Source: Phoronis australis (lineage: Eukaryota > Animalia > Phoronida). Taken from it: DNA of 64,000 nucleotides. The notes under the pieces were generated by a model that did no database searches, was not told the origin of the DNA, and saw only the letters and a list, made by a program, of their open reading frames with translations. The DNA lies in the NCBI GenBank assembly GCA_002633005.1, contig NMRA01000143.1:439402-503401 (forward strand), in the 5' to 3' direction. This document shows, piece after piece, positions 54,301 to 63,590 of this stretch. Each line of letters opens with the position of its first letter. Position 1 is the stretch's first letter. The position numbers were made by a program, and so were the translations under genes.

Positions 54301-56993
54301 GTGGCTGTATCTCCTAAACCCTTGCAGGATCTTATTGGAATGTGGTAGGTGGGGTTGACGACAGAGGGCGACGAGTTTTGGACTGACTTGAATACCGCTG
54401 TGCCCCTAGTGGCAATTTTAGTTTTTCACTTTGGCCTCTGTATCTTCAAAGGTCCTCAACCGATTTTCATGAAATTTGGCACATAGGCATCCATTAATGG
54501 GGTGACGCTATTCTCCCGTTTTCGGATGGATTCGAGGCATTGTGCGCCATTTAGTGGCCATTTTTACTATTTTCGAGTCTGTTTTTTGGCATCCGCCCCT
54601 CTGCCAACCAAACCACTGTAAGGATGATTGCGAAAATTGGCATGTATGGTCTTACTATGAAGAGGATGGTTGATGATGATTTTCCAATGACTTCAACTGC
54701 TGTGGCACCTCCTAGTGGCAGTTTTGTGTGTTTTTACGCCCATGACTGTGTCTCCTAAACGCTCTGCAGGATCTTTATTAAATGTAGCAGATGTGTTTAT
54801 ATGAAGTTGACAATGGACGACAACTTTCGAACAGATCGGACTACAGGTGTGTCCCCTAGTGGCAATTTTATTCTATTTTTACATTTTTCTCTGTATCTGC
54901 AAAGGTTCTTGAGGGATTTCTATAAAATTTGGCACATAGGCATCTATTAATGAGGTGACACTATCCTCCCGTTTTCGGATGTATTCGAGGTATTTTGCGC
55001 CACCTAGTGGTCATTTTTACTGTTTTCGAATCTGTTTTTTTGTGGCGTCTGTCCCTCCATCAACTGAACCACTCGAAGGATGATTGTGAAAATTGGCATG
55101 TATGTTGCTTCTAGGACGGTTGACGATAATTTTCCGATGACTTTGATTACTGTGGCGCCTCATAGTGGCAGTTTTGTTAACTTTTGTTTTTGTGCCCATG
55201 GCTGTATAGCCTAATTGCTCTACAGGATCTTTATTAAATGTAGCAAATGTGTTTATATGAAGTTAACAATAACAACGGAAGACGATGACTTTCAGACGAG
55301 TCCGACTAACACTGCCCCCTAGTGGCAATTTCAGTTTTTCTGTTTTCCTGTTTCTCTGAAGTTCCTCAATGAATTTTCATGAAATTTGTTAAATAGCTTT
55401 CTTTTAAAAAAACTGTGACATTTTCTGGTTTTCAGATGGATTTAACGTATTTTGTGCCATCTAGTACCCATTTTTACTGTTTTCTAGTCTGTTTTTGCCA
55501 TCTGCCCTCTGTCAACCAAACCACTATTTGGATGATTGTGAAAATTGGCTTATATATTGTTAGTGTGAAGAGGACGGTTGATGATTTTACGGCTTCAATT
55601 ATTGTGGTGCCTCCTAGAGGCAGTTTTTTTGCGCCCTTAGCTGTATCTCCTAAGCTCACTGCAGAATATTTATTAAATTTAGCTAGTGTATATATGACGT
55701 TGACAACGGAAGACGACAACTTTCAGAGGGATCCGATGAACCTTTGTCCCCTAGTGGCAATTTAATTTTTTCCATTTTGCTAAAGTTTCTTGACAGATTT
55801 TCATAAAATGTTGTAAATAGCTTTCTGTTAAAAACTGACATTTTCCATTTTTTTGATAGATTCGAAATAGTTTGGACTATCTAGTGACCATTTTTATGAT
55901 ACAAATAAACTCCCTAGAAGCACACCGTTTGCTGTGCTTTTGTGGGCACATTTCAACGCTCTGCGTTGCTCTTGTCAATGATATTGAGAATTCAATGTAG
56001 AGTTCACTCTCAATTTGTATCAAAGCCAAAAATTGACATAGTAATGAGATTCAAATAGCATAAGACAGGACAATCTTCAGTGTTTTCACTAGTCCACAAA
56101 TGCGGCGTAGATTTAAGGAACTTAGTTGTGTCCCTTTTTAGGACTTTTTCATGTAACTGGGCACAGATAACCAGTTTCTCCACTGAGTTACAGACATCAA
56201 ATCGGTTCTTAAAATGCAAAACCACTGTAAGCGACTATTGTCAAATTCCCTGTTGGAATTTATTGTTCATAATATATCAGGGTTGCCATAATGAACCAAG
56301 CTGCAAAAGTGATTTCAACTCAGGTTTTAGAATAAATTATGGAATTCATACTCTCCATATTAACAAAAGAGTAAATAAGTGTAGCTTTTGGATCCAGACA
56401 GCGAATAAGGCTCCTCATTAGCTTTGGATGTTGAAAGTCTGTCTGATAAATTCTTAGCAAAAAACAGTTCAGGAACTTTGTTTTGGCCATTGGTTTGAAA
56501 ATTAGATTATGACAAAAAGAACACTACAAACTATAGGTTGGTTTTCATCTTTGTGTATTGGTGAAGATCTTTGTAAAGATGTCTTTGCTGCAGCATGTTT
56601 GGATGTTCCTTGATCTTACTGTGAAGCACTTCAATCTGTTTTTCTAGTTTTAGTTTCTACAGTGAAATGTTTGTTCCAGGTGTAATCTCCACGGTGAAAT
56701 CTGATTTTCTAGGTTTAATCTCTACACTGAAATCTGTTAGGTTTAATCTCTACAGTAAAATCTGTTTTTCTTGGTTTAATCTCTACAGTGAAATGTGTTT
56801 TTTCAGGTTTAATCTCTACAGCGAAATGTATGCGCTTAATGACAAAGTGCACACAGCTAATGTGCAACACATGAACTCAGTCATACAGGCACAACTGATG
56901 GCCCTGCGCAAGATGCAGGATAACCTCAAGATATTGGCATCCGCGGCCATGATACCTCCTGAGTCATGTGACCGGAGCCATGAAGAAACATAA
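12092..56993 (+). CDS. GRAMD2B: GRAM domain-containing protein, GRAMD2A/2B-like (whole spliced gene model, 12 coding exons, 474 aa)
   Basis: Exons 12092-12303, 43776-43898, 44415-44451, 47531-47615, 48866-48969, 49132-49227, 50768-50845, 51652-51967, 52801-52846, 53207-53251, 53768-53863 and 56807-56993 have GT/AG boundaries with matching phases and join into one 1425-nt frame. GRAM domain (KFHKCF...FSCAL...LLQGHLFISDNWFCFYSKILG...ITRKKTAFFIPNAIKV...YLFGSLISRDAAFKLM), then acidic linker, one TM helix and a short helical tail. No room for a VASt/StART-like domain, so GRAMD2-type rather than GRAMD1. The symbol is family-level, not a proven orthology. Confidence 0.85.
13570..13722. repeat. 50-bp tandem repeat x3
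   Basis: TTTTACTTGATATAAGTGTTCAAG..GAGATATCAGAAA..CTGTT..TG at 13570, 13620 and 13670. Confidence 0.95.
16310..18734. mobile_element. complete non-autonomous Tc1/mariner (Tc2/pogo-like) DNA transposon, family A
   Basis: TIRs CCGTAATCGTTCGGGTTAACGCCC / GGGCGTTAACCCGAACGATTACGG, TA on both sides, repeated subterminal GGGCG(G/C)TTAA motifs, no transposase ORF. Confidence 0.9.
22524..23484. mobile_element. non-autonomous Tc2/pogo-like MITE (second family)
   Basis: TA|CCGTATTCCCCCTAATAAGCGCC ... GGCGCTTGTTAGGGCGAATACGG|TA, with subterminal TAAG(C/T)GCCC repeats. Confidence 0.85.
26270..26322 (+). CDS. candidate alternative first coding exon of GRAMD2-like gene (MSQWLDPGDCLRRTVLT-R)
   Basis: ATG at 26270, 17 codons + 2 nt, consensus donor CAG|GTAAGT in phase 2, compatible with exon 43776. 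Confidence 0.5.
26990..27420 (+). mobile_element. decayed LINE reverse transcriptase fragment
   Basis: Frame-disrupted translation gives NYCPVS, KVLEL, KKNHGTDQCIYV, FIDANKAFD*VNHFRLFNK..GRGL..YIVR and an NGxRxGSIL-like motif, in the order of non-LTR RT motifs (NYRPI, GF..GT, FLDASKAFDRV.H, GVRQG). Boundaries approximate. Confidence 0.75.
31670..31721. repeat. perfect 20-bp-arm hairpin
   Basis: GATCCATTTCAATTTCTTGG - 12 nt - CCAAGAAATTGAAATGGATC. Confidence 0.9.
34815..34828. promoter_or_regulatory. candidate RFX X-box
   Basis: Perfect palindrome GTTGCCTAGGCAAC fits the GTNRCC-N0-3-RGYAAC consensus; motif match only. Confidence 0.45.
35667..39563 (+). repeat. ~2.1-kb direct duplication (35667-37466 vs 37761-39563) joined at a single n
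   Basis: Colinear copies with scattered substitutions and small indels, offset ~2095-2100. Confidence 0.92.
37460..37741 (+). mobile_element. HINE-like element 5' part, cut by contig junction
   Basis: TTTTTATGCGCCCACATATTTATATGTGGATGCAT hairpin plus (CCGT)n; same start as 54232 and 7599. Confidence 0.8.
39157..39893 (+). mobile_element. older HINE-like subfamily copy (duplicated in part at ~37058-37460)
   Basis: T-run start with GCCCTCA..TGAGGGT hairpin, CCCCTAGTGG-containing units, ends AATAAACACCCCTAGAAGCAC...TTGCTCTTGT. Confidence 0.65.
43776..43898 (+). CDS. GRAMD2-like exon (NARSAPTSPETQRKMLPQ...FEKQA)
   Basis: ttgttctcctag acceptor, GTGAGT donor, 123 nt, phase 2 to phase 2, open frame. 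Confidence 0.75.
44415..44451 (+). CDS. GRAMD2-like short bridging exon (QRASDVQRKTDK)
   Basis: tatcag acceptor and weak AAG|GTTCTG donor. 37 nt supplies the phase 2 to 0 change needed between exons 43776 and 47531; it is the only candidate I found. Confidence 0.45.
46138..46357. mobile_element. second copy of CAGGGCTTGGA MITE
   Basis: CAGGGCTTGGA...TCCAAGCCCTG; shares internal TACAAGCCTATTT...GTGGAA with 5792-5989. Confidence 0.65.
47531..47615 (+). CDS. GRAM domain exon 1 (DASPRFSKPNIKFHKCFKDAPSTEIAFD)
   Basis: tgtcttgcag acceptor, GTGAGT donor, GRAM-typical FHKxF motif. Confidence 0.9.
48344..48642. mobile_element. same MITE family as 11102-11376, opposite orientation, 5-bp TSD (CATAG)
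   Basis: CATAG|GAGGGGCGGATCC...AATCCGCTACCG|CATAG; internal sequence resembles the reverse complement of the 11102 copy. Confidence 0.85.
48866..48969 (+). CDS. GRAM domain exon 2 (FSCALVTDLLLQGHLFISDNWFCFYSKILGREKQ)
   Basis: tttgcag acceptor, CAG|GTAAGT donor, core GRAM motif. Absent from the ORF track. Confidence 0.95.
49132..49227 (+). CDS. GRAM domain exon 3 (IEIPVGKVRSITRKKTAFFIPNAIKVTTDDGK)
   Basis: tttcag acceptor, AAG|GTA donor, KTAxxxPNAI motif of GRAMD proteins. Confidence 0.95.
49330..49660. repeat. degenerate 21-bp minisatellite (GTGATTTCACTCAYRTCAGAG-like)
   Basis: GATTTC-type core recurring every 21 bp in the intron. Confidence 0.8.
50150..50381. repeat. (ATT/ATC)n microsatellite
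   Basis: Seen directly in the sequence. Confidence 0.95.
50768..50845 (+). CDS. GRAM domain exon 4 (YLFGSLISRDAAFKLMVYVWKNFDSS)
   Basis: ttccag acceptor, GTAAGT donor, FxSxxSRD motif ending the GRAM/PH fold. Confidence 0.93.
51652..51967 (+). CDS. GRAMD2-like acidic/Ser-rich linker exon
   Basis: cacag acceptor, GTGAGA donor in phase 1, inside ORF 51640..52047, GC-richer than its flanks. Confidence 0.8.
52801..52846 (+). CDS. GRAMD2-like small exon (IKFDYDKERVLTLT)
   Basis: Long pyrimidine tract plus tacag acceptor, CAG|GTAAGT donor, phase 1 to 2. Confidence 0.8.
53207..53251 (+). CDS. GRAMD2-like exon, start of TM helix (SYINTSTLVAICCAL)
   Basis: Pyrimidine tract plus ccacag acceptor, GTGAGT donor, phase 2 to 2. 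Confidence 0.82.
53768..53863 (+). CDS. GRAMD2-like exon, TM helix (VVVLLISAVILSYKILSLEARL...)
   Basis: ttccag acceptor, GTAAGT donor. Hydrophobic helix followed by an LExxL segment, as in GRAMD-family C-termini. Confidence 0.88.
54232..55975 (+). mobile_element. Helentron-associated (HINE/DINE-1-like) non-autonomous element with internal ~150-bp tandem array
   Basis: T-run start with subterminal IR ATGCGCCCACA and adjacent partial inverted copy; GTCC-type microsatellite remnant; central tandem repeats; 3' subTIR TGTGGGCACAT, stem-loop CAACGC-TCT-GCGTTG and CTTGT end. This is the DINE-1/HINE architecture. Confidence 0.8.
56641..56830. repeat. ~33-bp tandem repeat x6 spanning an intron/exon junction
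   Basis: GTTTAATCTCTACAGTGAAAT-type units start at 56648, 56680, 56713, 56741, 56774 and 56807. Confidence 0.9.
56807..56993 (+). CDS. GRAMD2-like last coding exon (FNLYSEMYALND...SHEET*)
   Basis: ttttttcag acceptor, phase-2 start, amphipathic helical tail, TAA at 56991-56993. The acceptor is ambiguous because of the tandem repeat (see findings). Confidence 0.8.
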
Positions 56994-58199
56994 CAAAGGA
57001 ACAGCAGAAAGAAAAGAACTGAAAAGGCCACACCTGTGATATTTTGTATAAACAGCCGAGCTAAGAAAGACCGTCTGTGTACCAAAGCGTTCTTTGCTGT
57101 TCATGTTAGTCTGAGATATTTACTTTGTGACTTTAAGATATTGACAAGTGCTTTAAATGTTGAACATACGTATTCAGAGGTTCTTCTTTTATTGTAGTCA
57201 TTGGTGTTTTTTGAATTTTCTGACACTAAAGGTTTTTGTGTTGTTTTACATGGTATTCAGAAAAGGTGTTTCAGTGCTTTAAGTGAACGTCTAAATTGTA
57301 ATCATTCCCAGAAACACACTTAGAGTAACCATGTTATTTATAAGTAAAACGGGGCTTTCTAAGAAAGTCTCATTTTGCTGCGTACCTATGGAATATGATG
57401 ACTAATATGTTGTTGATATAACATGATATGAATTTTTATTTTTATGAATTGTTTGCAATTTTTGTGCAATACCAGTAGTTCCCTAAGATTCAGTGTGTTT
57501 TATGGGAAAATCCCAGATCTTGCAGCCAGGGTATAAAACAACAGCTGAAAAAATGGCTTTGGCCTTCAGACAGGAAATGAGTTTCCATCTCTTAATTTTG
57601 GACGTTTAAAATCTGTCTGTCGAACTCCTTGTGAAAAATTTGTGCTTTGGTTTTTAGTTTGAAAAATAGATTACAGCAAAAATACCCTCCCGTTTATTGG
57701 CTGGTATTCTTTGAGTACTGGCAGGGAACCACTTTTTAGTGCAATTTGTTTTCACATGTTGTTTATGCTGAGAAAATCCTTCAAACCTTGAACATCTCAA
57801 TCCAAGTACCCTTATTTTTGATAAATTTTGAGGCAATCTATGCTGACATTCTCCACTTCATGGTAGTAAATTACTGACTGAAAGCTATGCATCAAGTTTT
57901 CAAAAAAGTTTCTAATCTTGAAATATGTCTGGCTTTGTCAATGTCACGGCAAAAACTCAGAAAATAATTTTAAATAACTTGAAAATTACCTGGAAATTGT
58001 GTGGCTGAAATTTTGCCATTTTTCATTGAGAAGAAATTGTGTCAACTTTTTCAAAACTACTGTATTTTTTTAATTTTACGAGTTTCTCATAATAATGATA
58101 ATCAGGTGCTCTTAGTGAGATGTTATTGCTAGTCACTTATGGTGTGTTTATGCAGTTGACATTTTGCCTGTTCTGACAGACCATTGTTGTCGGTGAGGA

Positions 58200-58702
58200 A
58201 TTTTGTGGCCAATCACTGCTGCAATAAACAAAATGTCTGACACTGCGATGATACTTGATTTCAGTGCTATCAGTGGTACACTTGTAGCCAATCTCTGTTG
58301 TGCGAAATTATGATGACACTACTGTGGCCAATCACTGCCTTCAACTAATATTCATGTCGCAATTGTAGCCAATCACTGTTGTGAGGGAATATGATGACAC
58401 TACTGTGGCCAATCACTGCCTTCAAGTAGAATTTTTGTCACAGTTTCCTTTATTGTCAATCATTATCGGTTCATTATCGGTGAATGACACTGTCTTGGCC
58501 AATCACTGAGGTCATTTAGTAACTGTGTCAGAGTTGTAGCCAATCACTGTCATTAGTGAACATGAATGACACTACTTTGGCCAATGGCTGCCTTAAAGTG
58601 GAATCTGTGTCTCAGTTACAGTCAGTCATCGTCATTAGTAAATACGAATGACACTGTTGTGGCCTTAAACTATAGTCTCTGTGTCACAGTTGTAGGCAAT
58701 CC
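58200..58702. repeat. ~40-bp (dimeric ~80-90 bp) degenerate tandem repeat with RGCCAATCACTG core
   Basis: Alternating GACACTACTGTGGCCAATCACTG and TGTC..A.TTGTAGCCAATCACTG units. Confidence 0.85.
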
Positions 58703-60102
58703 CTAGAATTTCGAGCTAGGACGAAGGTTGAATTACAGGAAGTTGGTTTATTTTTGACCGCAAGTCTTTCATGTTTTCATGGTGTGTGCATGTGCAATTG
58801 GGGAAAATATTTATCAGGACTAGATTATTTATTTGGAAGTTCATTGTAAGGGAAATGATAGGTACTACCTCTCACGTTAGTTGGACTATGTCACCAAGAC
58901 AAACTCCAGCGAACTTGTCTTTGCAAAGAGAAGAAACTGGAAATGAAGTCGAGAGTTAGTCATTAAAACACTTATCCATTTTCAAAGGTCAACTATAATT
59001 TCAGTGATTTGATTGGACACAGTCTGTGACTGGTTTTTAGTGTGAGCATGAACGAATGTGTGCAGATAGTTAGAGACAATATATTGTACGAAATTGCCAG
59101 TTAACATTAATTTAGTGAAACACACAGATACATCTCTGGTCACCAGGGAGCGTTCTAGTCTGTGTTGTTTTCTCACATCTGTAAAAAGGTCAAAGGGAAA
59201 CGTTCACTAGGCAATGCTGACTTCATGTTGGGATGATGGCTCGTGCTGCCACCTGTCTGTTAAAGAGGTCCTGCAATTTCACTGTAGGTGGCACAGACAT
59301 TTGTTGGAAAGAGTATTTGTTAGTTAATGGCTTTATCAGACTTGCCCATGTTAACAGTCTACTTAAGGCATTTAACTGAACCTGAAGATTTGGGCGTTAA
59401 GGAACCATAGGAATAAATTTTTGGCAAGTCCGGGATTATGGGTTTTGAGTTAATGCACAGGCATTTTCATTTTTTCAGTCAATTCAAATGCAATAACCAG
59501 ATAAAATTTCATCTTGCTAATTGGAAACAAGGAAGTGTGTATTTGGTGGTAAAATTCTTCATAAGGGCATTCACCATCCTACTGTAGGCATGTTTAGGTG
59601 AACTTGGGCGTTAGGTGGATGAGATATGTTTTTGATTAAAATGAAGTTGATGGGGCCAGGACTTTCATGCTTAGAGTCGGCATGTTGTCTGCTACATGTG
59701 ATCTGTCATTACTTGGTGAAAATTTCTCATCAGAATGGATTACTTGGTATTCACTAGGTGGTGAAAAACCAGAAATGGACCTTTTATCATCTGAATCATC
59801 TGAGACCAAAAAGCTGTCGCCAGCATGGATGCGGTCATGCGAAAACGGTTTCGCACGACGTGAATGCATGTATTTCTACAGGCAGGGCATTTATTTCACT
59901 AGTGCCACCTAGTGAAATTCGTTTTGGTTTTTATTTCTAAATGTCTTTGAATATAACTTGTTGAAAACTTACTTGCTCCAATGAATACGGTACGTCTCAA
60001 AGTTTGATCATGGCTCTTTAAAATGCCACTTTTTATATCAACTTGAAGATGTGAGCATTTTGATGGAATTAAGTCAGTGTCATAGATGCAAAATTAAAAA
60101 AA

Positions 60103-60108
60103 AATAAA
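60103..60108 (+). terminator. candidate polyadenylation signal of the GRAMD2-like gene
   Basis: AATAAA followed by a T/GT-rich tract. Other AATAAA at ~58223 and ~59412 are alternatives. Confidence 0.3.
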
Positions 60109-62084
60109 AAGCTTTATTTTGCTGTGTTTCTTTTGATTTGCACAAATAATTCTGAAACTAAATCTTATGCAAAAGAATCTGTTTGGTGTTTGAGTCATTT
60201 CACGCCGATTCATAACCCTTCGTTCTTTTAAGATTTATGTGGAAGCACTTTCAGCCCTGGAAAAATGAAAAGTACAGTCACCTGAAGAGTAATGGGACAA
60301 ATTTTGTCTTGATGATACATTCTATTTACAGCAAAAATTACTGGAAATGAATATATATAAACAAGGTAAAAAATGATCTAGATCAATCCAAGAGGTAACC
60401 GCATGAAACCAGTTGCAAAATATTCACCGTCAGCCCAGGTATCACGAATGAACACTGCCAGACAAATAAAAACCATTAACATCGCGCCTGAGGTTGCAGC
60501 GACCTCGGCAAGTTCATGCGAAAACGGCGGAATACTCCACATGATTCACTATTAAAAACAAAACCTAAAAACACGTCCGAGACGGATGGACGAATCAGTT
60601 GATGTAACTGCTAAAACGAATAATAATGGAAATGCTCAGTCGTCTGCGTTATGTATGCGCGCCAACTACCTTCAATTCACACAGTGATTGATGGCAAATT
60701 TGGCAAAACTGATCAGTTTTGGGCAATCTCCACCTTATATACCGAGCCCACAGAGAACTCGAGATGCGTCAAAAATGACGTCAAACATTTTCATGACTAT
60801 GCTAGATGTATTCTTTGTCCTGAACCGCCCAAACTACGCCAGGTGGGGAACATTATTGTTTTACCAAAAGTTGAAATTCGCAGACCCAATATTACGTGAA
60901 GTGCTGGAAAACTGCGTTCTCATGCAGTGCTACTGACGAGGAAGAACATCAGTAGATCGGCTGTTGACCTCTATTTGGAACAGTCCGTATTTTTTATGTT
61001 TAATATGGTTTTCTCCAAAAGGCTGAAGACACCTCTGCGGCACCTGGTATTGGGTACGTATGGTCGTGCTAGATTTCGTGGAAACTATCAAAACTGTAAC
61101 GTAGATAAAACATTCTGTTGATGTTGCGAACATATTATTCACAATTCGTGGGTATAACGTGTCCTGATAGTTTAGTTAGATTGACAATCGTTTCATTTGC
61201 ACGACACAGATATGCAGGCCATGGAACTGTGCTTCATTACTTGTTGCTGAGCCTAGCTAGGTGGCCACTGTATTATCACTTCTGATAAATTACACCGAAA
61301 CATGTAAAGTTTTAAAACCGTTGTTGTTTTCTTGAATATATACTGCTACTTGCTATCATGGAGAAAACTTACGGTAGTGTTAACTAAAACGTATATCAAC
61401 GTTACATGGAGTAGGATATTGGAAACTTGTATACAAGAGAAAGCAAATAATAATAATGTAAAGACATGTGCATTCGAAGTCAAACATCACTGAACAATGA
61501 AAAGCTGCGTGGAATATTTATTACCTTTAAAAACGTGGTGTTTTGTCGCTGTGGTTCTTTCGTCCAATTATATGCAGTTCCATTAATACTACACAGCACA
61601 CAGGCAGCGCGACTCACTTGCTTCATCACCAAGATAGCGAACCATTCTGCTCATCGTAAACCACGTTACTTCAACTCTTCTATATTTATCTCATTGGTCT
61701 CGACAGCACGTGAAATCGTCACGGTGTACGTGCGTGCGCGTCCGTGTTGTGTGTATTAAAAGGATAATAAACCCTGTTTTGTGGATTTCAACCAATCCTC
61801 TTTCTGTCACCTGATAATGCACCATTGACGTCCCACGTACGTGAGTGATAAAAACAGGTTTCAAATAAATATAGGTTATCCCACATACCTATATATATTT
61901 TCTTTGTAACAGATAGGATATTATGGTTCTTGGTGGTTGGTCTTTCCTTTTCAAGTAAATACGCTAAATTGTAAATGAATTTTCAAATTCTGATCGAAAT
62001 ATTTGAGAGTTATCCGAGGGTTGCGGAACATTATTTTGTTTCAGAGCGGAACTGGTTGGTAACGCTGTTTTTAATATCTGTTAA

Positions 62085-62775
62085 GAAGGATGCCATATAA
62101 AAACCATATGAAAATGAAAAATCACTATATACTCAAAAATTCATACAGAACTAATACTTTGTGCATGTGTTGGGATGCTTGCCCAAAGTACACTGCTGCA
62201 ATATTTGCACTCAATGACCTTTGGTTACCGAGATATGACCTATTTGGCTATAAAGTCATATTTTGCATTTTTTCATGTCAGTAAAACTGCATTTTGAACG
62301 GCAAAAAATCAGACTTGGAAAACTGGTGACAAAGTTTGACATTGATGGTCATAAAGACTCATGTAAGGTTAGTAAGAAATTGAAATTTGCAACTCATAGG
62401 TACAATTAAATTTCCAGCAGGGGAGAAAACTCCAAGACCACTTTTCAGGCCAGTCACAAGTGGCAAGATGTTGCTTAACCTGCCTGCTATATCGGAATGT
62501 ATTTGAAGTTGAAATTCTCTTTGTAGACACTTCTAAGANGCGTGAAGCGATGATGTGTTGTTGCTAACAAAAAGTCACCTACTTCCAAGTACTATTATTT
62601 GCTATTTTTCGGAAAAAGTACAAAGTGGTCGTAAAAAGGGTTAAAAAAAACTCAAAAACTCTTAAAAATTCAGGCTCAGGTTTCTTTTGACAAGGCCAGC
62701 TGATATGCTAAGTTTCAAAAAAATTGGTGATTTTGCATATATAGCCCACCATCTGGTTTTTATATGGAATTGCTC
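62085..62775. mobile_element. TTAA-flanked non-autonomous DNA transposon (Kolobok-like GA..TC ends)
   Basis: TTAA|GAAGGATGCCATATAAAAACC ... GGTTTTTATATGGAATTGCTC|TTAA; contains an n at 62539. A related right end lies at 1096-1119. Confidence 0.65.
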
Positions 62776-63128
62776 TTAAAATGCCAAAACTGGGTTTGGT
62801 ACCCTTTTAACTATTTGCACTCCATTAGGCTGCAATGGGTTCGAGTACGTCTGTGTGTGTGAGTATGTGTGTGAATAGGTTGACTCAAAAATCATGAATC
62901 GATTATGACATTTCAATTCAAAGGAGCATCTAAAAAGGTCAAACACCAAATGGGCATACTTTGGACACAATGGCCCGAGGTGTTACCATGGTTACAGTGA
63001 CGAAAACTATATCTTCATATTCATTTGCATTTATCAACTAGGTAAACATGCTAGTCTAAAACAATTTCAAATTAACGAAAAAATAATAGACATGATTCTC
63101 AATAAAATGTGAACACAACAGAAAAATT

Positions 63129-63275
63129 TCATTCATCGTTTTTGATTTCACTTCCTTTTTCTCTTTCAATTTTTAGAGTTCTTGGTTTTGGCTGTTCACT
63201 CCTTTTTACCGACCCCATCACTGTTAGAAAGCCGTCCTCGCTGATCTGACATTCCAGACTTTCTTGGTCGATTTC
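63129..63275 (-). CDS. terminal exon of a small heat shock protein (HSP20/alpha-crystallin domain)
   Basis: Minus-strand acceptor ttctgtcatctcag. EIDQESLECQISEDGFLTVMG matches the alpha-crystallin beta8-beta9 'VDPxxVxSxLSxDGVLTV' pattern, followed by an IxI-like RTLKIE motif and a stop. Upstream exons were not found in the window. Confidence 0.8.
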   Translation of the reverse strand, partial: EIDQESLECQISEDGFLTVMGSVKRSEQPKPRTLKIEREKGSEIKNDE

Positions 63276-63450
63276 CTGAGATGACAGAATGTAGAATACA
63301 CAATGAAACATATTACCAGATTCTAGAACTGAAAGTTTACTTGTAGGCATTTACGTTTGACTCGCAGCTTTGTGAAAACTCCAATGTTTTGCAATGCAGA
63401 AATCGTGGAATTTAGAAAGCTCCGGTTACGAAGCCGGTTGGGACAATTAG

Positions 63451-63590
63451 CATGGGCGGCGCAGCACTGAAAAAGGGGGGGCTAAAGCCCCCTCAATCCC
63501 CTGTGGTGCATCGCCTATAGACCATGTGCGGCGTAGCACTGAAAAAGTGGGGGCTATAGCCCCCCAGCCCCCTATGGTGAGCAGCCCATG
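63451..63590. mobile_element. tiny MITE (tandem dimer of ~70-bp unit) with 5-bp TSD (ATTAG)
   Basis: ATTAG|CATGGGCGGC...GCAGCCCATG|ATTAG; units start at 63451 and 63523. Confidence 0.7.

Noticed and set aside
58200-58702. Repeat-spacer look suggesting a CRISPR array
   Set aside because: Eukaryotic context, spacers resemble each other, repeats are degenerate, no cas genes.
63319-63329. TTCTAGAA heat-shock-element-like motif in the sHSP intron
   Set aside because: Only two nGAAn units; common by chance in AT-rich DNA.
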